Assembly: GCA_964016885.1 (NCBI GenBank)
Contig: OZ024740.1
Span: 291,648,001 to 291,712,000 of the forward strand
DNA length: 64,000 nucleotides
Source: Eledone cirrhosa
Taxonomy: Eukaryota
Direction of reading: 5' to 3'
This document shows positions 50,444 through 64,000 of this stretch, piece after piece. Position numbers and translations under genes: made by a program. The notes under the pieces were generated by a model that saw only the letters and a program-made list of their open reading frames with translations, was not told where the DNA came from and did not search any database. The stretch's first letter is position 1. Every line of letters begins with the position of its first letter.

Positions 50444-51257
50444 AAGCAAGAGGTGGTGCAATGCCAACAGCCTTGGCAGATCCTCTGAGATTGGTGAAAT
50501 CATGTTTAAAATTAGTTGATTTAAAATAAACTTATATAAGCGAATAGTTTTAAGAATCCTCAATTTCTATAACAAAATTTATATAAAGTAAATTCTTAAG
50601 CTGGTAAAAATAAATATATATAGAAAATTTATGAGACATTCATTGTGAGACATTTTTATGGGTTAGAAATGAAAAACAACTTTGCTACATAAATATTGGT
50701 TACATATAGGTCATACATGTAACCTATTAAAATAAATTATTTATATTTTTTATTCTGGAAATTAAGAGAATTTTGGATTGAATTTAAACCATTTAATCTT
50801 TTATTAAAAAATGTTCTTGACATTCAAGCATAAGAAATTTTTTTTTTGATGTATCATATATCATCCTTGATGATATTAGGGAGTTGGTGTGAAAACTTGT
50901 AGTAAAGCTTGTGACATGACACTCAATAATGAAATGAATGGGAGTGACTAGTTATGGCATGCTGCCCTAGTCTGGCTTGAGATCATATTGAAAGAATCTG
51001 TTGTACTATTTAAAGTACAGTGTGACATCCAATACATATTGTGCTCACTTATTTTCTGTGTTTAGATGTTTTACTAGTGAATGTAATCACAGTAGTAACA
51101 ATTTGGTATAACGGAGATTACTAGAATAGTGACAGAATTTTGAGAATGGTGATTAAAATAGATTTATGTATTAGAGAGAATTTGTGAATTTGTCTGTGTA
51201 TGAAGGGGATAACAAAAATGTTTTTACATTTGCTCCTTTTTCACAATGAGGCTTATA

Positions 51258-51903
51258 TAATAATAATGAAATTATTGTGTACAGTGCTCAGGTGCACTAC
51301 AACTCATCAAAGGTGCATGTATAGTACATAGAATAATGTACAAATGTCAGGAAAATGAACAGTGTATGAGTCATGATATAATAACAATAACAATAATGAA
51401 ATATTGTGTACAGTGCCCAGGTGCACCACAACTCATCAAAAAAGTGCATGTACAGTACATAGGGCAATGCACAAACATCAGTAAAATGAACAGTGCACGA
51501 GTCATGATACACACATGTGTGCATGTGTATGGAAGGGGTACATCAGGTGTAGTTTTGGCGTATTTCGGGAAGCATGAGTGTCTTAAAGGATGCAGTGTCT
51601 CGGCAGCTAACAATTGACGCAGGCAGTTTGTTCCATGCTTCAGCAACTCTGAGCGTGAAAAAATGTCTGCGAAAGTCATGGGAGCTGTGCTGTTTTCTTA
51701 TCTTGTAGGCATGTCCACGTGTGTTAGACACATGGAGATCAAAGAGGCGCTCAGGGTTGCAGTTGGCGAGATGGTTAAAAACTTTGTGGGTATTCACCAA
51801 GTCCATTGCCAGACGTCGGAGCTTCAATGAATCCATGCCCAGGGAAGCAAGGCGTTCAGAGTATGGTAGGTGTCTGATGGAGGGTATGCGCTTGGTTGCG
51901 CAT
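51258..51903 (-). mobile_element. 3' fragment of the CR1 family seen at 37051-40391
   Basis: MDSLKLRRLAMDLVNTHKV..WNKLPAS; matching 3' UTR. Confidence 0.93.
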
Positions 51904-52067
51904 TTAAGATTATAGATACAATTTAAAACTGTGGCTATAGCTACATTAAACGATTAGGATACTTGTCTTCTGATGAACAACCAATTAACTGTATAAAGAG
52001 AATAATAAAAGCATGTTTACATTTGTTCCTTTTTCACAAGGATTATAATTAAATCTGAAGTGATACC

Positions 52068-52404
52068 TACTCTCAGGTTTTGAATAATCGTCCGTCCCCC
52101 CCCCCCCTCCTTATTAAATTTTGCTAATCTATCTCCAGCGAAATTTTATTGTGGTAGCATTACTGTAATAATTTTCTTTATACATTAAAAAACATTATAC
52201 ATGCCCCAAAAAGAACATTACCAGAAATCCAATATATTATAAAATAAATAGGATGGGCTGGGGTCAGAATATGTAAACTAAACAATTAATTCTGGGTTTT
52301 AAAAAAAAAAAAATACTAGGGAGACAACCTAGAAAAATTACCGATTTTCCAACATCTCACCTCTGCTTATTCTAGACCACCCCCCTGTTATTTGGGACTT
52401 GAGG
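52068..52404 (+). mobile_element. Unclassified MITE (tactctcaggtYttgaataatc end)
   Basis: Matches the reversed copy at 53708-54067 and a fragment at ~45150. Confidence 0.55.
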
Positions 52405-52426
52405 GAACATCAAATTTATCTTAGAT

Positions 52427-52603
52427 CAGGGTTTCCCAAACTTTTTCAAGTGCAGAGCCCTTTTTGGTTCAGAAACTATTGAGAGAATCCCAAAATCTAA
52501 TACTGTTATATGGTTGTAATATAAATATATTCCTCTACCTTTATTTCATGGAACCCAAGACATTCATTTGCAGAACCCTTGGAACTCACTTTGCGAACCA
52601 TCG
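52427..52603. mobile_element. hAT (Charlie-like) MITE
   Basis: cagggtttcccaaactttt ... tttgcgaaccatcg with 8-bp TSD tcttagat. Confidence 0.8.
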
Positions 52604-53070
52604 TCTTAGATTATTATAGTGTTTTATGCATTACATTATTGGCCAAATACTTAACTGTACTTGTCTTGAGAAAGAAACTCCATATCAGATAAGTATTTTG
52701 TTGATTCCTAAAGAGACTTCCACTTTGATAGAATGTCTCATCAGCAATTACTAAGTTGACATTAGTCTACTTCATAATACAATTTTTAAAATAAACTAAA
52801 CTAGAAACAAATAAAGTTAAATATTTCAGTTTATGTAAAAGGAATTGTTAACAACAGCCAACTAGCTGTATATATACCCTTGACACCTGCTTATAGTTAA
52901 GTGGAGCAAACCATTAAGAATTAAGTATCTTTGCCAGGCACACACGGTGAATCATCAACACATAACCAACAAGAAGGGAGTATTTCGTATTTTATGTAAT
53001 GAAACAGAAGACAGGACTCAGCCTTCTATGATATTACAAACATAAAAGAGAAGGGTCCCTCTCACCCCTC

Positions 53071-53562
53071 CACACATACACATATTCACACACACATACA
53101 CATACATATACACACATATATACACTCACACATGCACAAATACATACACACACACATACACACATATACATACACTCACATACATTCACACACACTCACA
53201 TACATTCACACACACATGCACACACATACACAAATACATGCACACACATGCATGCACACGCGCATACACTCACACACACACACATACATACGCACGCACT
53301 CATACATACACACACATACACATACTCACACATACACACACTCACACATACATTCACGCACTCACACACATATACTCACACACAGACCCACACACACACT
53401 CACAGATGCAAACACCCTCACACTCACACACGCACACACATACACACACGCACACACACACACATATACTCACACATACACTCACACACATACAGACATA
53501 CATACACACACACACACTTACATTCATTCACACACACACACACACACACATACACACACACA
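53071..53562. repeat. Degenerate (CA)n microsatellite
   Basis: Visible. Confidence 0.9.
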
Positions 53563-53707
53563 CCTTTTTCACCTTCTTTCGACACCATCCCTGCCTGAAA
53601 AAATGAAGTAGTTTCCATTAAGGTGTTGAAGTTTATATTTAAATTTTGGACTAAAACATTATTACTTGACAGATAAAATTTATATATGTACAGATTTGTT
53701 TTAAAGT

Positions 53708-54067
53708 TACTCTTGGGTCCCAAATAGTAGGGGGAGGGGATAAGCGGGAGGGCTGGACATTTGCTTAAATTCCTATAAGTGTGATGGACGGGGAGGAATA
53801 AATGGGTGGTTTGGAGGGGATCGATAATTGTATAGTATATGTTTGTATATATGGGATTTCTTGTAATGTCTTTTTTTTGTCATATATAATGTTTTTTTAA
53901 TGGAAAATAAAATTATTATTATATTCTCCACCCTCTGTATCGATATGAATCACTTACAATAAAATTTTGCTGGTGACAGATTAGCCAAATTTGATAAGTG
54001 GTGGGGTTTGAAAAAAATCTGAAAAATTAATAAGCAGGAGGGGATGATTACTCAAGACCTGAGAGTA
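53708..54067 (-). mobile_element. Second copy of the MITE at 52068
   Basis: gattactcaagacctgagagta end; tactcttgggtcccaaatag start. Confidence 0.55.
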
Positions 54068-54972
54068 GTAATTTTACTAAATCTTTTCATTCTGTTAATT
54101 AAGACAGACAGACAGAATATGTTCTTCTTAAATATCATCATCATCACCATCATCATGGTGACAAAATGGTTAAATTAGTATCAAAGTTCAAATAACCATA
54201 CAAATGTAAAATAGGTCATTTTGAGAGTTTTTGTGCTAAAAAAAAATATATATATATATTAATAAAACATTACTTTTTGAAACCATTTGATTGTTTAAAT
54301 AATTCAACCCACGATTATTTCTGTTACTTTTAATTTTACTCATGGCAGCATCAGACAAGCAGCTTTGTTAGTCTTTGGGAGAACAAGGGATAGATTCTTG
54401 AAGACGAGGAGAAACAAAAATAAAAACCAAACCAAAAACAGGCCATTCTTTGAAATATAGGATGAGGTTAAACTAGAAGAATAAATAAATTATATGTTAG
54501 ACATATTAAATTTATATCAAAAACTTTTAAATGGGGTTTATTTCATATTTCCATTAGTATTAACTTTATTTTTCTTATATTGTGTTTTAAAAAAATTAGT
54601 TTTCGTGAACTGAATATAGAAATATAGACACAATATACTGAAGGAAAACTGGTGTAAATCTGTTAGTGATGGAGTAATAGTGGTTGCTGTGATGGCCCCC
54701 ACTGCACCACACACCTTTGGCTGTATGTGGGGCCAAATGGTTGTTGTGATGGTAGAGGCAGTGGTGAACACTTCCATTGCACCACACACACACACCTTTG
54801 TGTGTATCTGTGGGCAGGGAGGTGTTGATCTTGGTTTGGTTTTGTTTGCATGTTTTACATAAAGTACAAACAAGTATTATCTTTTCAGAGTTTTTCAAAC
54901 AATTTTACACACAGTTCATTATCAACTTAGATCACAATTTCAGTCTTGTCTAGGCACCATCTCCCAAAAAAG

Positions 54973-54973
<1 letters not shown>

Positions 54974-55033
<60 letters not shown>

Positions 55034-56412
55034 TTTCTTTATTGGCCACAAGGGCTGACATCAAGAAAAACATCACAGACGGAACAGGACGGTACGATGT
55101 GGGTTTTGTGCGTGTAAATATTTTTATTATTTATATAAGAAAAGAAAAAAGACATAAAACATATATATATATAAACAATAAAATGAAAATTGAAACAATG
55201 AAAAATTCCCCAATAGGGGGGAAACCTCCAAGGGTTACTAGTGGCGAAAACCACACAAAAGACCACGGCCACCCTGACTACCAGGGCAAGCGCCCTCTCT
55301 CAATTTTTCCATTTCTCAAACTACAGACGTATATTCAGAGCGGTCCCGTTCACTCGGACCATTCTCGCTACATTCACCCACCTTTCAACAAACTTGCTAG
55401 AAAGCAACACTTGCCTCTCCACCCTGATTTTCCTCTTCAAGTGAAACTTGAAAAAGTTAATCAGGGATTCGCCGAAGAGGAAAGTGTTTGTCTTTAATCC
55501 TTTCAACCTTGTCCACCACACAATCTCTTTCGCCATGGCCACCAGGCAGATGAAAACCGCCTGCCCTTCCTCCTCGAAGGAAGACGGCGACACCATATGC
55601 ACAATGGACTCAGTCGATAACCGGATCAGTCCTACATGCGACAGCAACTGTTCGACATAGCTCCACAAGTCAGCAATGCTCGGGCACTGAACGAGTGCGT
55701 GCACAACGGTTTCGTCGCTCTGCGCGAATCTCGGACAGGCTCGGCTGACGGCACTTCCGTGCCTGTAGAGCTTATCTCGAACCGGCAGCGCTCCCCGGTA
55801 GCACTGCCAGGCCAGGGATTTTTGGAAGTTATCCATAGGCCCTGGGCTGAAAGTTCTCCGGAAGAGAGCAAACAGCTGATCTTCTTCGACGCCCAGGATC
55901 TCTCCGAGAACGTCGTCGCTCTTCCCCTCCACTAGTCCTCTATAGAACTCTGAGGTAGATTTTCCACCGATACTGGTGCCCAGCTGGCAGAGGGCAGTGA
56001 GTGCCTGGAGACATTCCAGTTTCCAAGCGCTATCCCTCGGTCTTTTTCTGACCCAGGACTGCAGCTCCGTCAAGGAGACGAGCTGTGGGGAAACGTGCCT
56101 GGCGAATGGCGACACCTGTTCACCGTCAAGGAAGCACCAGAGATGTCGCAGCCTCAGCGCACGTTTGCGCATCATCAGCCATGGCATGCCCAGTCCTCCA
56201 CGCAATGGGTGTTGACAGCAGATAGATCGTCGTCTAACCATGGGAGTGCGTCCCTTCCACAAAAAGCGGAAGAGGAGGCGCTCCATTTTGGTGAGAGTTG
56301 GGCCGGAGCAAGGGACGACGGTGAGGCGGTAGCAGATGACGGATGCGATGTACGCATTCGCCCCTTCCGCCCGGCCTTTCATGGACAGCTTCCTCTCAGC
56401 CCATTTCTGGAT
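54974..56412 (-). mobile_element. 5'-truncated L1/Tx1-clade LINE (post-RT region, zf-RVT), (TTA)n tail
   Basis: ORF 55321-56382: FLWKG, GGLGMP, LAWQCYRGALPV, CPRFAQSDETVVHALVQC, IVWWTR. Confidence 0.88.
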
Positions 56413-56463
56413 TAAAGGCAGAGTCTGAACTCAGAATATAGAAAGTTATATTAAAATACTGCA

Positions 56464-56650
56464 TAATAATTGTTTCGACTTTTTGGCACAAGGCCAACAA
56501 TTATCCCAGCGCATTACTGGTGCTTTATTTTATAGACCCTGTAAGGATGAAAGGCAAAGTTAACCTTGATGGGATTTGAACTCAGACCATAAAGGGACGT
56601 AACTCTATACTGCAAAGCATGGCGTCTGATCTTCTACCGATACTGCCAAT
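56464..56650 (-). mobile_element. Nin-like SINE
   Basis: Consensus match. Confidence 0.85.
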
Positions 56651-56831
56651 AATAATGGATGGAACATTTATAAAAAAAAATAGCCTGAATACTCCAGAAG
56701 GTGTTCGAAAAATAAGGGGTGTTACCTCAGTTCACTGGTAATGAACAGCTAACACTGTAATATATCTGCAGCATTAGAATCTGAGCAAAGCAACAACAAC
56801 AACAACAATAATATAATAATAATAAAATTAA

Positions 56832-57910
56832 TGTACGAGCATCTTGAAGAAAATGGAGTTCTACCAGAAAGGGTGCAAGAGTAAGTGCAGAGGTACAAAG
56901 GACCAGTTTTTGATAGATAAAACAATACTTAAGGATAGCAAGAGGAGGAAAACCAACTCGACCATGGCGAGTATTGATTACCGCAAAGCCTATGCCATGA
57001 TTCCGCACTCTTGGATTATGCAATGTGTTAACTTATTTTGTACTGCATCAAATGTTGAGTGATTCTTAAGGAAAAGTATGAAAGAGTGGAAGACTGAACT
57101 GACAATATAGGGAAAAAATTTAGGAAAAATAAAAATCAAGAGAGGTATATTCCAAGGGGACAGCCTGTTACTACTGATGGTTGTACTGTGCAAGATACCA
57201 CTGACAATGATTTTGAGAAAAGCTAAGGCAGGGTATGAATTTAAAAGCATTGAGGGGCTGATGCTGCCATTAGGGAAAGTTATGAAGCAAATAGAAGAGG
57301 AAGGTTATAAGTACTTAGGGATATTGGAAGTTGATAAGATAATTGTTTCTACTTTTGGCACAAGGCCAGCAATTATCCCAGTGCATTACTGGTACTTTAT
57401 TTTATCGACCCCGTAAGGATGAAAGGCAAAGTTAACCTAGGCGGGATTTGAACTCAGAATGGCAAGGGCCGTAACTCTATGTATCAAAGCATGGTGTCCA
57501 ACCCTCTACTGATACTGCCAATTCACCACTAAGATAATGCAGGAGGAAATGAAAAAAAATTTATGGTGGAATACATGCGCTGACTAAGACTTATTCTCAA
57601 GTCGAAACCTAATGGATGGAATAAGATGGAAGCTATCAATACATAGGTGATATCACTCCTTAGATATAGGGCAGGTGTTATCGCGTGGACAGTGGAAGAA
57701 TTAAACAGTTTAGACTGAAGGACAAGAAAGATATTGACTAGATATGGGATATTTCACCCAAAGAGTGACACAGACAGATTATATGTACCAAAATAAAAGA
57801 GGAGAAAGAGGACTGATAGGGTGTGAAGTCAGCATTAGAACAGAAGAAAATAACATGGCGTGGTACATAAAAAATTCCACAGAACTGCTGTTGCTGGAAG
57901 TAAGAAGGTC
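56832..57910 (+). mobile_element. Decayed R4/Dong-like LINE RT fragment interrupted by a SINE (57338-57529, TSD taagataat)
   Basis: [57 protein letters not shown]. Confidence 0.85.
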
Positions 57911-58575
57911 CTATTTAAATTAAAACCTTTCAACATAATTTGATATAAGAACCGTTTCTTAAGTTATGTTACTAATACCATCTTAATACTGAAATAATCA
58001 TTGAGTTTTTATTAAATCCTTCTAAATTCTTTATTAATTAATACAGTACATTTCATTAGAAATGTCGTAATGAAAAGGTTAACTGTATAGTAGTTATATT
58101 AATTACATTTCCTTTAGATAATATAATCATAACTTACTATTGTTTATTTTTACAGGGATCAGTGATAAAGTATTTGGATCACTAAACAAGATAAAAAAGC
58201 TGGATCAAGGAAATAGTTGTACACTTCATATAATTAGTTACATACACTCACTTAATCAACAATATCTAAAATATCATAAACACCATTTTAATTCATGAAC
58301 AGCTTTTAGCTTACAGTCTCCATCAAGCATAACATACATTTTTTCAGCAGACATAAGACTTATAACATTTTTTTATCAAACATAAAAACTTTCAAAAGTT
58401 TTTACCAACTATAAGATATATAAAAGTTTTTGTCAACCATAAAACTAATAAAGATTTTTATTAAACCTTAGAAAGATTTTACCAATTGTAAAACCTATAA
58501 AAGTTTTCATCAACCGCATGGCATATACACTTTTTCACTACACAGAAGACTTGAATATTTTTCTTAAACACCATA

Positions 58576-58609
<34 letters not shown>

Positions 58610-58949
58610 TTCTTCTTCTTCTTCTTCTTCTTCTTCTTCTTCTTCTTCTTCTTGAAGGGGTTGTGGGAACTAGTGAGGCCAACCCTCTTTTTTAGGACAC
58701 AGAGAGAAAATCATGAGAGTCAAACATAGTGCCAATTTTTTATGGCAAGTCTAAGAATGAGCTTGGTGATCCAGCCAGATCAGTTGGAGATGGTTGCTTC
58801 TGATAGGACCTACTGGGGAAAGAAGTGTTTGAACATTCTGCTCCTACGACTATCTTAGGAATAAGTGGGAGAAGAAGGGCTAAAAACACATCTATAAATA
58901 CCTTTATTAAAAAACCTCATATAGTGCTCCTATTAATAGTCCTTCCTTC

Positions 58950-59330
58950 CTTTCTTCTTCTTCTTCTTCTTCTTCTTCTTCTTCTTCTTCTTCCTGAGAC
59001 GGTTGTGAGGGCAGAGTCCTCAAACACTCCTTCCAGAGGATCCTGTCAGAAGCAACCATCTCCAACTGATCCAGCTGGATCCCCAAGCGAGACCAGCCAA
59101 GCTCATGGATGTTATCCAACCATCTTGCTTGGGGTCTGCCCCTGGGTCTCCTGTCAGTTTTGCCCATAAAATCTGTCCAGCGATTCTTTCCTGAGACATC
59201 CTAACCACATGCCCATAGTAGTGGAGCTGTGATCTCTCAATTATGAGAAGTAGCTGCTCTACTTGGAGTGACTCTCTGATCTCTGAGCTATGCACTCTAT
59301 CAAGTGACATTTCTCCAAAGATCATTCAGA
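58950..59330 (-). mobile_element. RTE-like LINE 3' end with (GAA)n tail
   Basis: IERSQLHYYGHVVRM..RRPRGRPQARWLDNI. Confidence 0.85.
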
Positions 59331-59799
59331 GGAAAAGGAACACCATACATAAGACCTATAAATGTTTTTCTTAAACATCTAAAAGTGTTCCTCAAACATA
59401 AGACCAATAAAAGAGTTCAGTATAGACAAGATCCATAAAGAGTTACAAGCTCCCTTCAAATTGTAAACTATCAAAATTCTCATTGGTCAGACCAATATCT
59501 TAGCTTCTTCCTATGAACTTCAAACATAAGAGATAAAGTAAACACCTGTTTAATGTACTTAATACTTTTCTTTAAGGATTGCTTCATCAGTATTTTGTGT
59601 TTCCCTTATTGCTATTTCCATGACATTCCTGGAATATTTTGACCACTAAAATATCTAAGATAAGGTGGGTGTATAAGCCTGTTTTGTTAAATGGGACAGA
59701 GGGGTTGGTTTGCTTTCACATTTACTCAGATAAAAACACAAATAACAATTTCTGCTAAAAAAATATTTTTTCAATCAACAATAGACAGCACAAATCATA

Positions 59800-61800
59800 A
59801 CTTTGGTCAATAGTTTTGCTAACATATTTAATATTTCCACACTACTCCCACATGACTGACTTGCTGTACTCCTCAGATTGGTCTTCATTCATCAAAGGCT
59901 GTTGAAAAACAATTCTACATAACACAGTGTAGCAGGAATGGCTGCCAAGATACCAGCGATTTTGTTGAAAACTGGCAGTATGCCATAAAGATATTTCATG
60001 TAAACCACTTCAATACCAGCTACAGTTACCTGTGAACATGATAGGTGTGTATGGTCCATGATATACTTTGTGTAGTTTGACATATTTTCCTTTAGGAGAA
60101 ACACATCAACACCATGTTGTAATGTAACAAGTTCATAATGAATATTTGAATCATCTGGCATATCAACATTAAGAATATAACTGAATACACAAACTATGTC
60201 TTGTTTATTACTATTACATTGTAATTCCATTTTCCCTGTGACTTTAGGTAATTTATACAATCACAGTCATTTGTATTTTGAGGCACTAATGGGCTGACAA
60301 TCAACGAGACGCCATTTTTTCTGTGGAACTCTTGCTTCTTTTTTAATTAGAATTGTGAGCTTTGGATGGTTTCTTTCATTACTTCACCTAGCATTTCTGT
60401 AAATTTCTGAATGATTTTGAATTAATCTTCATTTCTGCAATTAACAAGAGTTTCTTTGGTTGCTACAGCTATAATTCTCACTGTTATAACACCTACATTA
60501 TTTTTCTGGAGGTCTTTGCTAACGTTGTGTTTCACATTATTATTTTCAGCACAACCATTCCTATTAAAATGTCAAAATCACAGATGGCATTCAATGATAC
60601 AATATCATACGTGTTTTTGAATTGTGACAAGTCAAGCAACCTGTTTATAAAATAAAATAATAGTTCTTCCATGGATTTTATTTCTTCATATTTACAGGGC
60701 CCCTTTATTGCACTTTGAGATTTAAGTATTCATGAAATTTGTTCTTCATTGACTTTAAGGCTTACAAAGAATGCATATTGTTTGAGAATAGCTTCTAAGA
60801 AGTTGTACAGGCCTTGAATAGTTCCTAGAATGGTTCAGTAGCATGCCAACAATATTCTTCTCCACTGAAAGAAATAGGGATCACTATTCCATGATTCTAT
60901 GTGGGGTGAGGATGAATTAAGCTGTTTACTAAGTATTTTCATATCCACTCCTACCTCTTCCTCATCACCATCAACCACTGACCACTAAATATATTTTCAC
61001 CACCATCACCACCACTGATATATCTCTATTACTGTATTGTGGTATGGTAAATAGGTGTATACATGTACACCAGGTTCAAACACAATGGAACCAAACTCCC
61101 ACTGTCACTCCCTCCATCTCTTGTCGTTGTATCTTGGAAAGCTAGATTTATAAAGTGCCTATAACACTGAACATAGCTGACAAGCAGAGAAAACCCTTTT
61201 ATTTTTATTGTCAAACCTCTGTGAACACTGCACACATTTGATGTGTCATCAAAACATTCTCCAATAATTTTATCAAATTTCAGCTCCAGCTCCCTGAATA
61301 CATTTTCACTAACACACTGATGACAGTTCTTTCGGTAGAAGCTGGTGTATAGAATCCAGGGAAAGACTCTCTGATTTCTCTTTCACTAATGAATGGGTAT
61401 ATTGTGATTTTCTCAACCCTGTTAATGTCTGACATTCCATCAACAATAATGGAGTATGCTAAACACTTTTTCACATCATATGCTGCCTACAATGACTTCA
61501 ACTATTTTGGATAACAGGTGAGGTCCACTGCATATGTACATCTAACTGATTGAAGTCTACTGCATATGTTCATCTAACTGACTGAGGTCCACTACATATG
61601 TACATCTGAGTGTGGTCCATGCATATGTACATCTGACTGACCTTTCAGCTTTTCCTTTCATAAAGAAAGAAATATCCTTCAACTGAAGATCTAGAAGTTC
61701 CAAAATATTACAACAATTAATATTGGCAGTTTTGCCTAAGTTACTGCAGTGCAGTCCTCCTCTATATGACCTTGTTCAGCAGGTAACAATAAAGCTGCAA
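59800..61800 (-). pseudogene. Decayed hAT (ZMYM1/THAP12-like) transposase
   Basis: NILELLDLQ; YSIIVDGMSDINRVEK..IRESFPGFY; C-terminal ILAAIPATLCYVELFFNSL resembling the hAT dimerisation motif. Confidence 0.7.
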
Positions 61801-62235
61801 TAACAATTGTCAAGTACTCTCGGTCCTGCACTACTTGCTACTTGTGTGAAATATTTATCTAACATAATATTTACAATATAAAAACACAGTTTATGGAGTT
61901 ACCAATGCAAAGCCTTCTTTTTCATATTTTAACGGACCTACCCAACTAACTAGTAAACAAGTCAAGTGCAACTAATCTTTATCTCTCGCTTGTTAAAGAA
62001 AATCTTGATAAATGTTGTGCAGTGTACCAAGCATGAAATATTGACAATAATAATCATAAAATAATATTCTAGGGAAATTTGTTTTTTCTTACATATGAAA
62101 TAAAATCCTCCCTGTAAATATATATATATATGTGTGTATATATGTATATATACACACACACACATATATATATGCATATATATATATGTGTGTGTGTATA
62201 TATATATGTGTGTGTGTATGTATATATACTTATGT

Positions 62236-62481
62236 CAAGAGATGTCAACATGAATGGACCTGTTATTTTTATCTAAAGACATTTTTTCCAATTCCAACCC
62301 GCCCATCTCTTCAATCTATCTTATTTCTCATTCTTTCTTCTGATGAAGGACTAGCGTCCGAAACGTTAAGACCCTCTTCCTGCTATATCAAGTGTTAACC
62401 TAATATATCCATTCCATATACTGTACCGATTGTGTTGTTATTTCTGTTTACCTTTTACGGACGCTTTAAGCATCCCACACC

Positions 62482-62484
<3 letters not shown>
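62236..62484 (+). mobile_element. Solo Penelope-like pLTR fragment with intact hammerhead, ending in (TA)n
   Basis: tctt-CTGATGA-a-ggac-tagc-gtcc-GAAAC-GTT|aaga at 62336-62371; reverse complement of ~63290-63506. Confidence 0.85.
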
Positions 62485-62522
<38 letters not shown>

Positions 62523-62811
62523 TATATATATGTTGAGAGAGAGAGAGAGAGAGAGACACACTCACATACACACATGCATACAAATATATGTGTGTGGGAG
62601 GAACAAGTGAAAAGAGAGAAAGTGGAATATATATAGTTAGATATATAATTGTAGGTATATTTTACTATAAAGAGAAACATGTATTCTATATAATTAATCC
62701 ATTTCTATGCAGTTTGCTGCAAGTAATTAACTATAAAACTGAATAGGTATATGGGTTTTCCCCATATACTTACTTAGTATATGAATATAAAGACACAGCT
62801 GTGTTGTCAAG

Positions 62812-62966
62812 TAGGTGGTGAGAGCAGACCTCAGATTGCTGAAGCTCACGGTGGAGATGACGAAGGACCGTGACAAGTGGAGAGATGCTCTGCTGAATAG
62901 GACCCGTTGCACCCTTGCAAGCAGGGAAAAGCGGACGTAAAATGATGATGATAATGATGATGATGA
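62812..62966 (+). mobile_element. RTE 3' terminal fragment (second subfamily)
   Basis: Matches 7122-7250; (GAT)n tail. Confidence 0.85.
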
Positions 62967-63033
62967 TATATGTATATAATAGAAAAAAATGAGAAAGTTT
63001 CATTTACATATGAAAAATATTTATTGCATATCG

Positions 63034-63124
63034 ACCTGTTACGCACGTTTCACAGAGGATTGGCTCAAGGTGACCCATAGGAGTTATGGACCCGACTCCA
63101 TTATCAATCTGCTCCTCAGACTGG

Positions 63125-63125
<1 letters not shown>
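63034..63125 (-). ncRNA. Type-I hammerhead with extended stem II
   Basis: Minus: accagt-CTGAGGA-gcaga..ccata/tatgg..tctgt-GAAAC-gtgc-GTA|acaggt, then AATAAA. Confidence 0.75.
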
Positions 63126-63195
<70 letters not shown>

Positions 63196-63216
63196 ATAAG
63201 AAATGTGAAGACTAAA

Positions 63217-63270
<54 letters not shown>

Positions 63271-63284
63271 TTATATGTATGTAT

Positions 63285-64000
63285 GTAACAGGAAACAGAA
63301 ATAACAACACAATCGGTACAGTATATGGAAGGGATATATTAGATTAACGCTTGATATAGCAGGAAGAGGGTCTTAACTTTTTGGACGCTAGTCCTTCATC
63401 AGAAGAAAGAATGAGAAATAAGATAGATTGAGAGGACGGGCGGGCTGGAATTGGAAAAAATGTCTTTAGATGAAAATAACAGGTTCATTCATGTTGACAT
63501 CTCTTGCAAAACTGTTGGTGCTGCCATTTTGTGTAGGATTTATTTTTTAGAAAAGTGAATGATGGAGCGCGTCTACCTGAAATGGAAAAAAAAACATTTT
63601 GGAAAAAGAGCTATACTTGTGCACATGCGTAAGCATGTGTGTGTGTGTGTTCTTATACGTCTGTACAAAGCTAAGGAGAAATGTGTGTGTATATGTGAGT
63701 AAAAGAGTGTGAGTACATGTAAGTACGAAGCTATGAACATAAGTATGTTAATATAGGGGTATGTATGTGTGTATACAGAGTAGTGAAGGGAAAAGTGGAG
63801 TGAGCATATATAGTCGGCCTGTATTAGTTGCAAGAGATGTTAATGATCAAGAGAAAGCAATAGGAATCTAGGGGTATGATAATGGACAGGGTATTAGAGA
63901 AATTGGGGAGGTGAGTTGAGTCCGAGAGCGGAATAGGACCCAAGGCGGTGAATCAGACTTTGTTCAGTCCTGGTGCGCGAAGCCTGTGATCCATGATGTA
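63285..64000 (-). mobile_element. Penelope-like element 3' part: GIY-YIG C-terminus (63894-63998), 3' UTR, mutated hammerhead (63371-63406)
   Basis: HHGSQASRTRTEQSLIHRLGSYSALGLNSPPQFL*; hammerhead GAAAC changed to AAAAA; continues beyond the window. Confidence 0.82.

Noticed and set aside
53132-53723. His/Thr-rich ORFs (also at 14.9, 16.0, 20.2, 30.4-31.1 and 62-63 kb)
   Set aside because: Produced by (CA)n/(TA)n microsatellites
58140-58255. Candidate exons after acceptor-like sites (also 12560, 14899, 34213-34395)
   Set aside because: No convincing donor, frame consistency or recognisable protein

Overview
AT-rich, repeat-saturated eukaryotic (metazoan) DNA. The mix of Nin-domain tRNA SINEs, RTE LINEs with (GAT)n tails and long (TA)/(CA)/(GA) microsatellites suggests an octopod cephalopod (inference). 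No host protein-coding gene could be confidently identified; this looks like a large intron or intergenic region. It contains truncated or degenerate LINEs (RTE with a PHD finger inside the RT, CR1, Tx1/L1, R4/Dong), DNA transposon relics (two mariners, a maT/DD37D, a hAT, several MITE families) and many minisatellites. The most striking signal is absent from the ORF track: about 11 loci with type-I hammerhead ribozyme motifs (stem I-CUGANGA-stem II-GAAA-palindromic stem III-UH-stem I'). Several lie in 330-440 bp fold-back palindromes within or beside (TA)n tracts, and two are linked to unannotated Penelope-like GIY-YIG endonuclease frames. Core variants include a compensatory U3:A8 pair and a recurrent U4C, some have long stem-II insertions, and one ribozyme is split by a maT transposon. 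Coordinates were read by eye and ends may be off by several bases.
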